DNA of 35,308 bases, taken from assembly GCA_018610125.1 (NCBI GenBank), contig JAHEOI010000383.1, positions 1-35,308 of the forward strand. Reading direction: 5' to 3'. Shown one piece after another: positions 8,515 to 16,799 of the stretch; within the stretch, counting starts at the first letter, position 1; each line of letters starts with the position of its first letter. A program made the position numbers and the translations under genes. The notes under the pieces are model-generated. The model worked only from the letters and a program-made list of their open reading frames with translations. It ran no database searches and was not told the DNA's origin. The stretch comes from Verrucomicrobiota bacterium (GTDB lineage Bacteria > Verrucomicrobiota > Verrucomicrobiia > Limisphaerales > JAHEOI01).

Positions 8515-10044
8515 TTACTTATTTTCCAAAAACGAATTAAGCCCCATACGCTCGACTTGGAGGCCTTTCGGGATAAGGAGGCGATCCAAGATGACAAACA
8601 ATCCTTGGATAAGAATTGCCAACAGCGCCGCCGGGACCGCCCCTTGCAGAATGGTCCCGGGAGCGTTAAGATTCAAGCCGCTGATGATCGGCTGTCCCAA
8701 GCCCCCCGCACCGATAAGCGCCGCCAAGGTCGCTGTCCCGACATTAATGACGGCGCTTGTCTTCACGCCGGCAAGTATGGTTGCCGAGGCCATCGGGAGC
8801 TCGACCTTTAAGAGCCTAGTGCGCCAATCCAATCCCAAAGCAATGGCCGATTCGCGGATGGATCTCGGCAGGCTCTGCAGGCCGGACGCCGTATTGCGGA
8901 CAATCGGAAGCAAGCTGTAGAGAAAGAGCGCCAGAATCGCCGTCAACGGGCTGATCCCCAAGAACGGGATCGATACCAGGATTGCCAGCAACGCCAACGA
9001 AGGGATTGTCTGCACCACGCCGGCGGCGCCCAACACGCCATTGCCGAGCCACCCCGGATAGCTTGCAATGATTCCCAACGGGATCCCGACAACGACGGCG
9101 GCGGCCATTGAAATCCCTACCAGATAGAGATGCTCAAGCGTCCGGCTCGGTATCGGGCGAACCCAGTCGAGCCGACCCTCAGCGTAAGAGGCATGGCTCG
9201 ATTCCCGGCCAAAAAAGGCCATTGCGGCTTCGGTGTAATCATCTGTCCGCTCCGCTTTCGCGTTGAGACGGGTCATCATTGTGCTGTCGATCCGGCCCCC
9301 AAGCCCATTAATCGCCCGCTTAACCCGTGAGGCAAGATTGGTTCGATACAGGAAGACAGCTTGGTACGCCGGAAAGAAGTTTCGGTCGTCCTCGAGCACC
9401 GTCAGGTTATAATCGGCAATCTTGGCATCGGTGGAATAGGCATCTTTGACATCGATCGTTCCATCTCGAAGGGCTGTGTAACCGAGCGCATGATCAACGG
9501 TACGCACATCGGTCATGGTGAGATTGTAACGGTTCGTCAACGGATGCCATCCATCATTCCGATTCATGAATTCATGGGTTAAGCCGACTGTCAGTTCGGG
9601 ATGCTCCCGAAGATCGCTGATCGCCTCGATATCGAGACGCCTCGCGTGCTCACGCCGCATCACGAGAGCATAGGTGTTATTGAATCCCAGCGCCTCGCTC
9701 ACCCCGATTCCCTGCGACACCAGCGCTTGACGGATCGCTTCGATCCCCGAAATCGAGCTTTCCTTCAGGATCTGTTCTCGAATAGTCCCGGTGTACTCCG
9801 GATAGAGTGCGATTTGACCGTTCTTCAATGCGCGCCAGAGCACAATGGTACCGCCCATGCCCTGATGATGGACCACGTCAACGGTTTGTCGCTCCAACAG
9901 TATTCGGGCAATCTCACCGAGGACATACGATTCCGTAAACTTCTTGGAGCCAATGTGGACCTCCCGGGCGGCAGACCTGCCATCCGCGGCGCCCATCAGG
10001 AGTCCCATGCCGGCCAAAAGCAACGAAACAGGATAGCGTCTCAT
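8515..10044 (-). CDS. Glycine betaine/Opu-family ABC transporter, substrate-binding domain fused to permease
   Basis: Signal peptide, IGSKKFTESYVLGE, LYPEYTGT, GFNNTYAL, LEDDRNFFPAY (OpuAC-like); then QTIPSLALL, LLPIVRNT, ESAIALG (EAA loop), GAGGLG. ATG at 10044 overlaps the ATPase stop (ATGA). Confidence 0.92.
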   Translation of the reverse strand: MRRYPVSLLLAGMGLLMGAADGRSAAREVHIGSKKFTESYVLGEIARILLERQTVDVVHHQGMGGTIVLWRALKNGQIALYPEYTGTIREQILKESSISGIEAIRQALVSQGIGVSEALGFNNTYALVMRREHARRLDIEAISDLREHPELTVGLTHEFMNRNDGWHPLTNRYNLTMTDVRTVDHALGYTALRDGTIDVKDAYSTDAKIADYNLTVLEDDRNFFPAYQAVFLYRTNLASRVKRAINGLGGRIDSTMMTRLNAKAERTDDYTEAAMAFFGRESSHASYAEGRLDWVRPIPSRTLEHLYLVGISMAAAVVVGIPLGIIASYPGWLGNGVLGAAGVVQTIPSLALLAILVSIPFLGISPLTAILALFLYSLLPIVRNTASGLQSLPRSIRESAIALGLDWRTRLLKVELPMASATILAGVKTSAVINVGTATLAALIGAGGLGQPIISGLNLNAPGTILQGAVPAALLAILIQGLFVILDRLLIPKGLQVERMGLNSFLENK

Positions 10045-10775
10045 AAAAATGACAATGTTCGCTGCGCCGCCAGAAAGTCCGAGACAAACGGCTCGGCCGG
10101 CGACTCCCAAAGCGCTTGGAACGTCCCGACTTGAACTACTCGCCCCGACTCGAGCAACACGATCCGATCGCCGAAATACGCCGCCTCTGCCATATCATGC
10201 GTGACCAGCACAACCGTTCGCTGCAGCCGTTGAAAGATCGCCCGCAGCTCTTGCTGCAAATTCGCCCGCACTATTGGATCGAGGGCTGCCAATGGCTCGT
10301 CCAGCAAAAGGAGCTCCGGGTCCAAGATCAGCGCGCGCATCAAGCTGACCCGCTGGCGTTGTCCCCCGGAGAGCTGAACCGGATATCGTGCCAGCGCCCC
10401 TTCGGGAAATTTGGTCAATTCACAAAGCCAAGCAAGCCGGGCTTGATTTGTCTCTTCGGAGTAGCCCAAATACCGTGCCATCAACAAAACATTGTCGCGG
10501 ACCGTCATGTGTGGGAAGAGTCCCCCATCCTGGACAACATAGCCAATGCGACGTCGAATCTCAATGGCGTTGCCCTGATTCACATCCCGGTCTGCGACGC
10601 GAACGCGACCGCGCGTCGGAGAAATCAGAAAAAGGAGAAGCCTTAGCAATGTCGATTTGCCGCATCCACTCGGCCCGATCAGTGCGATCGTCCTTCCTTG
10701 CGGCAGGCTCAACGTAACCTCATTCAGCGCGACGTGCTCGCCAAAAGAGACCGTAACCTTTTCAAATGTCACCAT
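10041..10775 (-). CDS. Osmoprotectant-type ABC transporter ATP-binding protein
   Basis: GPSGCGKST, RRRIGYVVQDGGLFPH, LSGGQRQR, LLLDEP and VTHD motifs. Start MVTFEKV at 10775 overlaps the egtD end. Confidence 0.95.
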   Translation of the reverse strand: MVTFEKVTVSFGEHVALNEVTLSLPQGRTIALIGPSGCGKSTLLRLLLFLISPTRGRVRVADRDVNQGNAIEIRRRIGYVVQDGGLFPHMTVRDNVLLMARYLGYSEETNQARLAWLCELTKFPEGALARYPVQLSGGQRQRVSLMRALILDPELLLLDEPLAALDPIVRANLQQELRAIFQRLQRTVVLVTHDMAEAAYFGDRIVLLESGRVVQVGTFQALWESPAEPFVSDFLAAQRTLSFL

Positions 10776-11760
10776 GCGTTTCGCTGAGAAGGTACTGCAC
10801 ACTGAAATAGCGCTGCTCATCCATCCAGACCTTTTCAAGGCGATAACCCGACCGGTGGATTAACGATTGAAATCCGCCCAATGTGTATTTGTAAGAATGC
10901 TCCACCGTAACCGGCTCGTTCGGCTCAAAGTTGACCGTAACACCCGCAAGGGTAATTGTTTGCCGACACGTGCTCACGAGCTGGTTCTCGACACGCCCGG
11001 CTTCCGCATTGTAAAACGCCCGGTGACGGAAGGCGTCGAGGTCAAACCCCGCTTGCAGTTCACGATTGGCGCGAGCGAGGATATTCTTGATAAAGCGAGC
11101 AGTGATCCCACGGGGATCGTTGTAAGCAGATTCCATCACAGAGCGCTCTTTTTGAAGATCCATGCCCAACAGAAAGGCATCCCCAGGATTACTTATTACG
11201 GCAAAACGTTTCAGGAAGGAAACGACCTCGCCCGGCTCAAAATTGCCGATCGTCGAGCCCGGAAAGAAGAAGACCGTTCGCTGAAACGCTCGCGTCGGCG
11301 TTGGAAGCTTAAGGGGCTTATGATAATCGGCGCAGACCGGCAACACCTCCGTTCGCGGATGACGTCGGCGGATGTCATGGGCCACCTCGATAAGCTGCTG
11401 CTTCGAAATATCGATCGGTATATAGGCAACGCAATCCTCCAATGCGCTCAAGAGCAGCTCGGTCTTGGCGCTGCTGCCGCTCCCCAGGTCGACCAGCACC
11501 GCATTCGGTCCGATCGCGCTCACAATTTCATTCAGGCAGCCTTTAAGGATCGATGTCTCCACCCGTGTCGGGTAATACTCTTCAAGCCCACAGATTTGCT
11601 CAAAGAGATCGGCTCCGACATCGTCGTAGAGGTACTTGCAAGGGACCCACTTCGGCAAATTTTGGAGCCCTGTCAAAAGGTCGCGCTGGAAATCGCTCGG
11701 GGTCGGCTCCACATCGTGAAGCACCACCTTCTCTTCGTGCGTCTCGCTGCCATGCTCCAT
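10762..11760 (-). CDS. egtD: L-histidine N-alpha-methyltransferase (hercynine-forming)
   Basis: PCKYLYDDVGADLFEQICGLEEYYPTRVE, DLGSGSSAKT, FFPGSTIGNF, AYNDPRGITARF, EHSYKYT. Start is uncertain (11760 vs 11883). Confidence 0.92.
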   Translation of the reverse strand: MEHGSETHEEKVVLHDVEPTPSDFQRDLLTGLQNLPKWVPCKYLYDDVGADLFEQICGLEEYYPTRVETSILKGCLNEIVSAIGPNAVLVDLGSGSSAKTELLLSALEDCVAYIPIDISKQQLIEVAHDIRRRHPRTEVLPVCADYHKPLKLPTPTRAFQRTVFFFPGSTIGNFEPGEVVSFLKRFAVISNPGDAFLLGMDLQKERSVMESAYNDPRGITARFIKNILARANRELQAGFDLDAFRHRAFYNAEAGRVENQLVSTCRQTITLAGVTVNFEPNEPVTVEHSYKYTLGGFQSLIHRSGYRLEKVWMDEQRYFSVQYLLSETHGDI

Positions 11761-12202
11761 ATCATGCTCTGTCCCACAATGCCGGTCCGATATCGGCCGG
11801 ACCGGATTCCTCACCTTATTCTCAAATGCGCCCTCAAGCAGTGCCTGTATCGCGCCTTCATCAACTTTGGCAAGCTTAAACACCTCTCCATCACGTCACA
11901 AGCACAAAGCCTGCCCGGCGCGGTCACAAGCCCTATTTTTTGAGCGCGCCACTTGACATATTCCGCCAAACAGAAAAAAAAGAGAGACCGAGTCATGATA
12001 ACCGGTCCGGATGTTATGTTTGGCAAACAGCCTATAGGGACACTCCGACACTTTTTTGGGCGGCGGGAAGCTGTAATTCAGCCGCTCCCCTCAATGGCGG
12101 GAGTGGAACAACCCGAGGGATGGGACACACGCCCAAATCGGCGCAAGCGAATTTGGTTGAGAAGAACGGTCTATTGGAGGGCGATCTTGGAGGGCGATCA
12201 GC

Positions 12203-12432
12203 GTGTTATCAATCACGCTCGCGTTATCGATCACGCTCTTGGGGGCCGGCCTATCACCCGCTGTCAACTTGGCACGCGCTCAGGAATCTCCAATCCACAG
12301 CGGGATGGCTCGCGTTCATCCGACCGTCGCCAAGCACGGTATGGTGGCCACGCAGGAGGCCACCGCCACACATGGACATTACTACGGGTCTAGCGACCCG
12401 CGCCGAACCGGCGGACTGACACTCGGTATTGA
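12203..12432 (+). pseudogene. ggt: Gamma-glutamyltranspeptidase remnant: N-terminus joined to C-terminus by a large internal deletion
   Basis: Signal peptide plus HPTVAKHGMVATQEATAT (GGT N-terminal GMVA motif) runs straight into GHYYGSSDPRRTGGLTLG (GGT C-terminal GASDPR motif). Junction near 12370. Confidence 0.8.
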
Positions 12433-12442
12433 AGCATGGCTT

Positions 12443-12550
12443 ATGGAAGCGAGCGCTTTCCCAATCACGACATGGGTTTGGTTGCTGGCGCCAATGGCGC
12501 TGGTGCTGGCACTCTCCATCATCACCTTCTTCATGGAAGATCGAGACTGA
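12443..12550 (+). CDS. Small single-TM membrane peptide upstream of putP
   Basis: 35 aa, MEASAFPITTWVWLLAPMALVLALSIITFFMEDRD; one hydrophobic helix; stop lies 6 bp before putP. Confidence 0.55.
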   Translation: MEASAFPITTWVWLLAPMALVLALSIITFFMEDRD

Positions 12551-12556
12551 ACGATT

Positions 12557-14041
12557 ATGCCGCTTCCGGAACTGATCACCTTTGCTCTCTACCTCATCGG
12601 GATGCTGATCGTCGGGATCATTTTCTATCGGATGACCGGCAACCTTTCCGATTATATCCTTGGAGGACGAAAGCTTGGAGGGGCTGTCAGCGCACTCAGC
12701 GCGGGGGCGTCCGACATGAGCGGATGGCTGTTGCTCGGGTTGCCGGGGGCCGTCTATGTCAGTGGGATCAATCAATCCTGGATCGCTATCGGCCTGGTCT
12801 CGGGGGCCTACCTCAATTGGCAATTCGTGGCCAAGCGGCTTCGCCGCTACACCCAGCTCGCCAGTGACTCCCTGACGCTTCCGGATTATCTCGAAAACCG
12901 TTTCCAAGATCGTTCCCGGTTATTGCGTATCATTTCCGCGCTCGTCATTCTGGTGTTTTTTACCGTCTACACCGCGTCCGGACTGGTTGCCGGGGCACGC
13001 CTCTTCGAGAGCACCTTTGACATCGATTACCGCATTGCCCTCGGCGTCGGCCTGCTCGTCATCGTCTCTTACACCTTCCTTGGCGGCTTCCTGGCCGTGA
13101 GCTGGACCGATTTTGTGCAAGGGACGTTGATGTTCTTCGCATTGGTCATTGCCCCGATCGTTGCCATTCAAGAGCTTGGAGGCTGGAATGCCGTGGTACG
13201 AGAGGCTTCGAACATCAAGGGCGGCTCGATCGATATCTTCCACGACACGGGAAGAGTGGGAATCATTTCATTGATGGCATGGGGCCTGGGCTATTTCGGC
13301 CAACCTCACATCCTTGCGCGCTTTATGGCGATTCGCTCGCCTCGTCTCGTTCCACAGGCCCGGCTCATTGCCATGGTCTGGATGGTCTTAAGCATCCTGG
13401 GGGCCATTTTCGTCGGCTTCATCGGGATCGCCTTCTTTCATGACTCCCCGATCGATGACTCCGAGACCGTCTTTATCCGGCTCACACAGGCTCTCTTTAA
13501 CCCATGGATCTCAGGCATCCTTTTGGCCGCTATCCTTTCAGCCATCATGAGCACAGTCGATTCCCAGCTTCTGGTTTGCTCCAGCGCCATCACCGAGGAC
13601 TTTTATAAGTCCTTCCTGCGTCGATCGGCCGACGAGAAGGAGCTCGTTTGGATCGGAAGGGCTTCGGTGATCGTGATTGCCGTGATCGCACTGGGCATCG
13701 CCGCCGACCCGGAAAGTAAGGTGCTCGACCTGGTGGCGAACGCATGGGCCGGCTTCGGGGCATCATTCGGGCCCGTGATTCTCCTTTCCCTATTCTGGAA
13801 AGGGATGACACGTAGCGGCGCCCTTGCCGGAATGGTGGTTGGCGCCGTAACCGTCGTCGTGTGGATCCAGCTCGAGGGCGGTCTCTTTGAAATCTATGAG
13901 ATCCTCCCGGGATTCCTCCTAAGCAGCCTTGCCATCATTCTCCTAAGCCTCCTTGAGGGCGGTCCGAATGCCACAATCCGCCAAGAATTCGAATGGATAA
14001 CCAAAAGAGGCTCGGCAAGCGATCCAATCCCACCGGCATAA
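12557..14041 (+). CDS. putP: Sodium/proline symporter
   Basis: SDYILGGRKLG, ALSAGASDMSGWLLLGLPG, GGFLAVSWTDFVQG, AWGLGYFGQPHILARFMA, AWAGFGASFGP. Confidence 0.95.
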   Translation: MPLPELITFALYLIGMLIVGIIFYRMTGNLSDYILGGRKLGGAVSALSAGASDMSGWLLLGLPGAVYVSGINQSWIAIGLVSGAYLNWQFVAKRLRRYTQLASDSLTLPDYLENRFQDRSRLLRIISALVILVFFTVYTASGLVAGARLFESTFDIDYRIALGVGLLVIVSYTFLGGFLAVSWTDFVQGTLMFFALVIAPIVAIQELGGWNAVVREASNIKGGSIDIFHDTGRVGIISLMAWGLGYFGQPHILARFMAIRSPRLVPQARLIAMVWMVLSILGAIFVGFIGIAFFHDSPIDDSETVFIRLTQALFNPWISGILLAAILSAIMSTVDSQLLVCSSAITEDFYKSFLRRSADEKELVWIGRASVIVIAVIALGIAADPESKVLDLVANAWAGFGASFGPVILLSLFWKGMTRSGALAGMVVGAVTVVVWIQLEGGLFEIYEILPGFLLSSLAIILLSLLEGGPNATIRQEFEWITKRGSASDPIPPA

Positions 14042-14120
14042 TGGGCTTCTCTCTACCAAGTTTCGGGGATCGATCTATGAGGCAGCCAAACCGAACGGGC
14101 AATTCTCAAGATGAGATAAA

Positions 14121-14193
14121 TGGGTTTGGATAACGGACGCCAAGGAGGTGGGGGTGGGGAACCCCGCTGAAAAACGTACCGTTACCCAAACCA
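14121..14193 (-). ncRNA. Candidate structured small RNA / long stem-loop
   Basis: Arms 14123-14139 and 14175-14192 pair with one bulge and one mismatch; the mismatch is G-U only on the minus strand. The loop reads CCCCACCCCCACCUCCUU on the minus strand. Confidence 0.35.
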
Positions 14194-14272
14194 CTATAAT
14201 CTTTACCACCTTTCTCCTGTGTTGTCCAGTCTCATTTAAGAAAAAATTTTCGATTTTTGCCGCCGTTTCGCT

Positions 14273-14330
14273 GCCTTTCAACGCCGCCTTTCAACGCCGC
14301 CTTTCAACGCCGCCTTTCAACGCCGCCTTT
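14273..14330. repeat. Tandem repeat (GCCTTTCAACGCC) x4.5
   Basis: Four perfect 13-bp units plus GCCTTT, just downstream of the sulfatase stop. Confidence 0.95.
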
Positions 14331-14340
14331 GGACCCGCTC

Positions 14341-15795
14341 TCAGTGGGATAATCGGAGCGGTACCGGTTGAGAAACGGTTCCAACCGCTCGTTGATTTTC
14401 GCCGCGATCATCCGCTTCTCCGAGCTCCTTGCGGCCCTTCTTTGCCAACCTCCGTAAGCGTTTGACGATACCCGGGTGGCGAGAGGCGATGTTTTCCGTT
14501 TCGGCGACATCCTTTTTCAGGTCAAAGAGCTTTAAGGGGTGATGGCCCTTTGGTAGGTGCAATTTCCATCTGCCTGAACGCACTGCCTGAAGCTGATCAA
14601 CATGGTAATAATAAAACACGTCATGTGGGGATTCGGCATCCGCGGCACCGGTTAGAATCGGGCGGATATCCTGCCCATCGATAATGCGGTCCTGCGGAGG
14701 GGCAGCACCGGCAAGCCGAGCCAATGTGGGCATGAGATCCATGGAGGTCACCAATGCATCGGAAGATTCGCCCGCTGGAATGTTGCCTGGCCACCGGACA
14801 ACACAAGGGACTCGCATCCCGCCTTCCATCGTGGTGTACCCCCAACCTCCCAAAGGTTGATTCCTCCCTTGAGGCGGCTGCCGTTTCGGCGCTCCGTTAT
14901 CCGAGGTCCACAAAATCACGGTTTCTTGTTCCAGCTCCAAAGCTTTCAGAGCGGCCATTATCTGGCCGGTTGACCAATCGATCTCCTCGACGGCATCGCC
15001 ATAGGCGCCGTTCTCCGAATGACCTTTGAAGGCTTTGCTGGCAAATGGATGGCTGGTGCTGCCCGGCATCGAATGCGCCAGATAGAGGAGGAACGGGCGG
15101 TCCTCATGGTTTCGGATGAACCGAATCGCCTCCGAGGTGTAGCGTTTCGTCAGGGTGCTTCGATTCGCCGGGGCTTCAATGACCTTTTCATTTCGCATCA
15201 ACGGCAACGGCGGCCAATTTTTTCCCTCACGCTGGGTCATATCGTCGCTGTAAGGGATACCGTAATAATAATCAAATCCTTGTCGGGTCGGCAGGAAAAC
15301 CGGTTGGTCTCCCAAATGCCACTTACCGATGCAGGCAGTGGCATAACCCTCTTCTTTTAGCACCTCGGCGACCGTGACTTCGTCGGGATGCAAGCCAAAC
15401 CGCGAGACCGGCCTCAAGACCGCTCCATCCGTTTCCTGCATTCCAACCCGACGCGCATAACAACCGGTCATCAAGCTTGCCCGAGACGGCGTGCAGACAC
15501 CGGCAGTCATGTAAAAGCTCGTCAGCTTCATCCCCTCACGCGCCAGGCGATCCACATTCGGTGTGTGATGAAGTTTTGACCCGAAACAGCCGATGTCACC
15601 ATACCCCAGGTTATCGCAGAGAATCAGGATGAAATTCGGCGGCCTATCTTCTTGCGAAGCCTCGGCAGCTTGCCCCAAAAGCGAAAACAAAAGCAAGCCC
15701 CCTAGAAAAAGCCGAGACCGCTTCGCTCCGCACAAGATGCTTCCCGTTACCCGGCACAAACCGGACGATTGCCTTGGTTTCATTATCTTTTCCAT
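14341..15795 (-). CDS. Sulfatase (formylglycine-dependent, arylsulfatase-like), secreted
   Basis: PPNFILILCDNLGYGD, CTPSRASLMTG, GKWHLG, WTSDNG, EGGMRVP; hydrophobic signal segment. Confidence 0.95.
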   Translation of the reverse strand: MEKIMKPRQSSGLCRVTGSILCGAKRSRLFLGGLLLFSLLGQAAEASQEDRPPNFILILCDNLGYGDIGCFGSKLHHTPNVDRLAREGMKLTSFYMTAGVCTPSRASLMTGCYARRVGMQETDGAVLRPVSRFGLHPDEVTVAEVLKEEGYATACIGKWHLGDQPVFLPTRQGFDYYYGIPYSDDMTQREGKNWPPLPLMRNEKVIEAPANRSTLTKRYTSEAIRFIRNHEDRPFLLYLAHSMPGSTSHPFASKAFKGHSENGAYGDAVEEIDWSTGQIMAALKALELEQETVILWTSDNGAPKRQPPQGRNQPLGGWGYTTMEGGMRVPCVVRWPGNIPAGESSDALVTSMDLMPTLARLAGAAPPQDRIIDGQDIRPILTGAADAESPHDVFYYYHVDQLQAVRSGRWKLHLPKGHHPLKLFDLKKDVAETENIASRHPGIVKRLRRLAKKGRKELGEADDRGENQRAVGTVSQPVPLRLSH

Positions 15796-15881
15796 TGGGG
15801 CTAGACTCCTTTAATATCCATGACCGATTGGCAGCTTCATCGCGTTCGCATTCCCCTGACATTCATCAAACGTGGCCGATT

Positions 15882-16799
15882 TTAGCACTTTGAACAACGT
15901 TTAAGCCTCTTCCTTATGGCTCTCCCCAACCAAGAAAAATCTGTTTGATATAGCCGGCGCCATCGTGCTTTCGGTTGCGCCATCCGGTCAAGACGCCTGT
16001 GCAGCCGCTTGGCCAGAGTTGTTAAGCGATCGATCTCGAGATAGGCCATTAAAAACCGTAGGCGGTCCGTTTGGCTTACCCCTCGAAAGTGTCGATTGAG
16101 GCAATCGAGATCGCGGAGCACTGCTTGCCACCGAAACCAACATCGGCGCATGGACTCGAGGTCGATCAGGCACACGCCAACCTTATCTTCACCGACACTC
16201 CCGGATGAGTCGCTCGCCAATGGACCGCCAATGAACAGGTGCTTGGGATAGAGACTGCTATGGCAAAGGCGATGTCGGTGCATTGCGGCCACGTTGCTTG
16301 CGACTTGACGAACAATGCTTGCCCGGGTCGCCGGCGGAGGCCAACCGAAGCGGCGCCATCGGCGCAAAAGGTCTTCAATCGACACGAAATCCGTGAGTCC
16401 TTTGGTCATCATGACAGCACGCACATTGCCTCCTCCCCGACGCTTGGCGAAATAAACCGGTTCGATCGTCGACAGGCCACGCTCTTGACAATGGCGTATG
16501 TTCCGCCATTCCTTTTCGACCGTTGGAATGCCCGTCCATGGGTGACGTACCGTACGCCACAAAGAGTTCTTCTGAAGCTTGACGAAAACCTCAACGGAGC
16601 CGTCGGTCGGCAGCTTTAGCGTACAGCGGACGACACCGCTCCATCCGCTTCTCCAAGAATCCGGCGGTTCATACCATTCACCGGCAAGCCTCCAGACATT
16701 CTCGAAGTCGTGAATCCCATTGTGCCGGAGAATCTCGTGCCACCCCGACGCGATAAAATCAGCCATGGTCGATTTCGGTGCCGGATCGGCCAAGCTCAA
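15882..16799 (-). CDS. Lipopolysaccharide kinase, InaA/Kdo family (WarB-like)
   Basis: GEWYEPP..RSGWSGV, VFVKLQ..LWRTVRHPW.G.PTVEKEWRNI, HSSLYPKHLF, LIDLESMR, RDLDCLNRH, TDRLRFLMAY. Alternative start at 16766. Confidence 0.85.
   Translation of the reverse strand: MSLADPAPKSTMADFIASGWHEILRHNGIHDFENVWRLAGEWYEPPDSWRSGWSGVVRCTLKLPTDGSVEVFVKLQKNSLWRTVRHPWTGIPTVEKEWRNIRHCQERGLSTIEPVYFAKRRGGGNVRAVMMTKGLTDFVSIEDLLRRWRRFGWPPPATRASIVRQVASNVAAMHRHRLCHSSLYPKHLFIGGPLASDSSGSVGEDKVGVCLIDLESMRRCWFRWQAVLRDLDCLNRHFRGVSQTDRLRFLMAYLEIDRLTTLAKRLHRRLDRMAQPKARWRRLYQTDFSWLGRAIRKRLKRCSKC

Noticed and set aside
10867-11943. 358-aa plus-strand ORF
   Set aside because: Antisense shadow of egtD with no recognisable motifs.
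11953-12393. 146-aa plus-strand ORF and TTGACA at 11953
   Set aside because: It overlaps the ggt remnant in another frame and has no motifs; TTGACA lacks a matching -10.
14148-14465. 105-aa ORF following a perfect AAGGAGGT
   Set aside because: It runs through the 13-bp VNTR, overlaps the sulfatase antisense and has no protein-like features.
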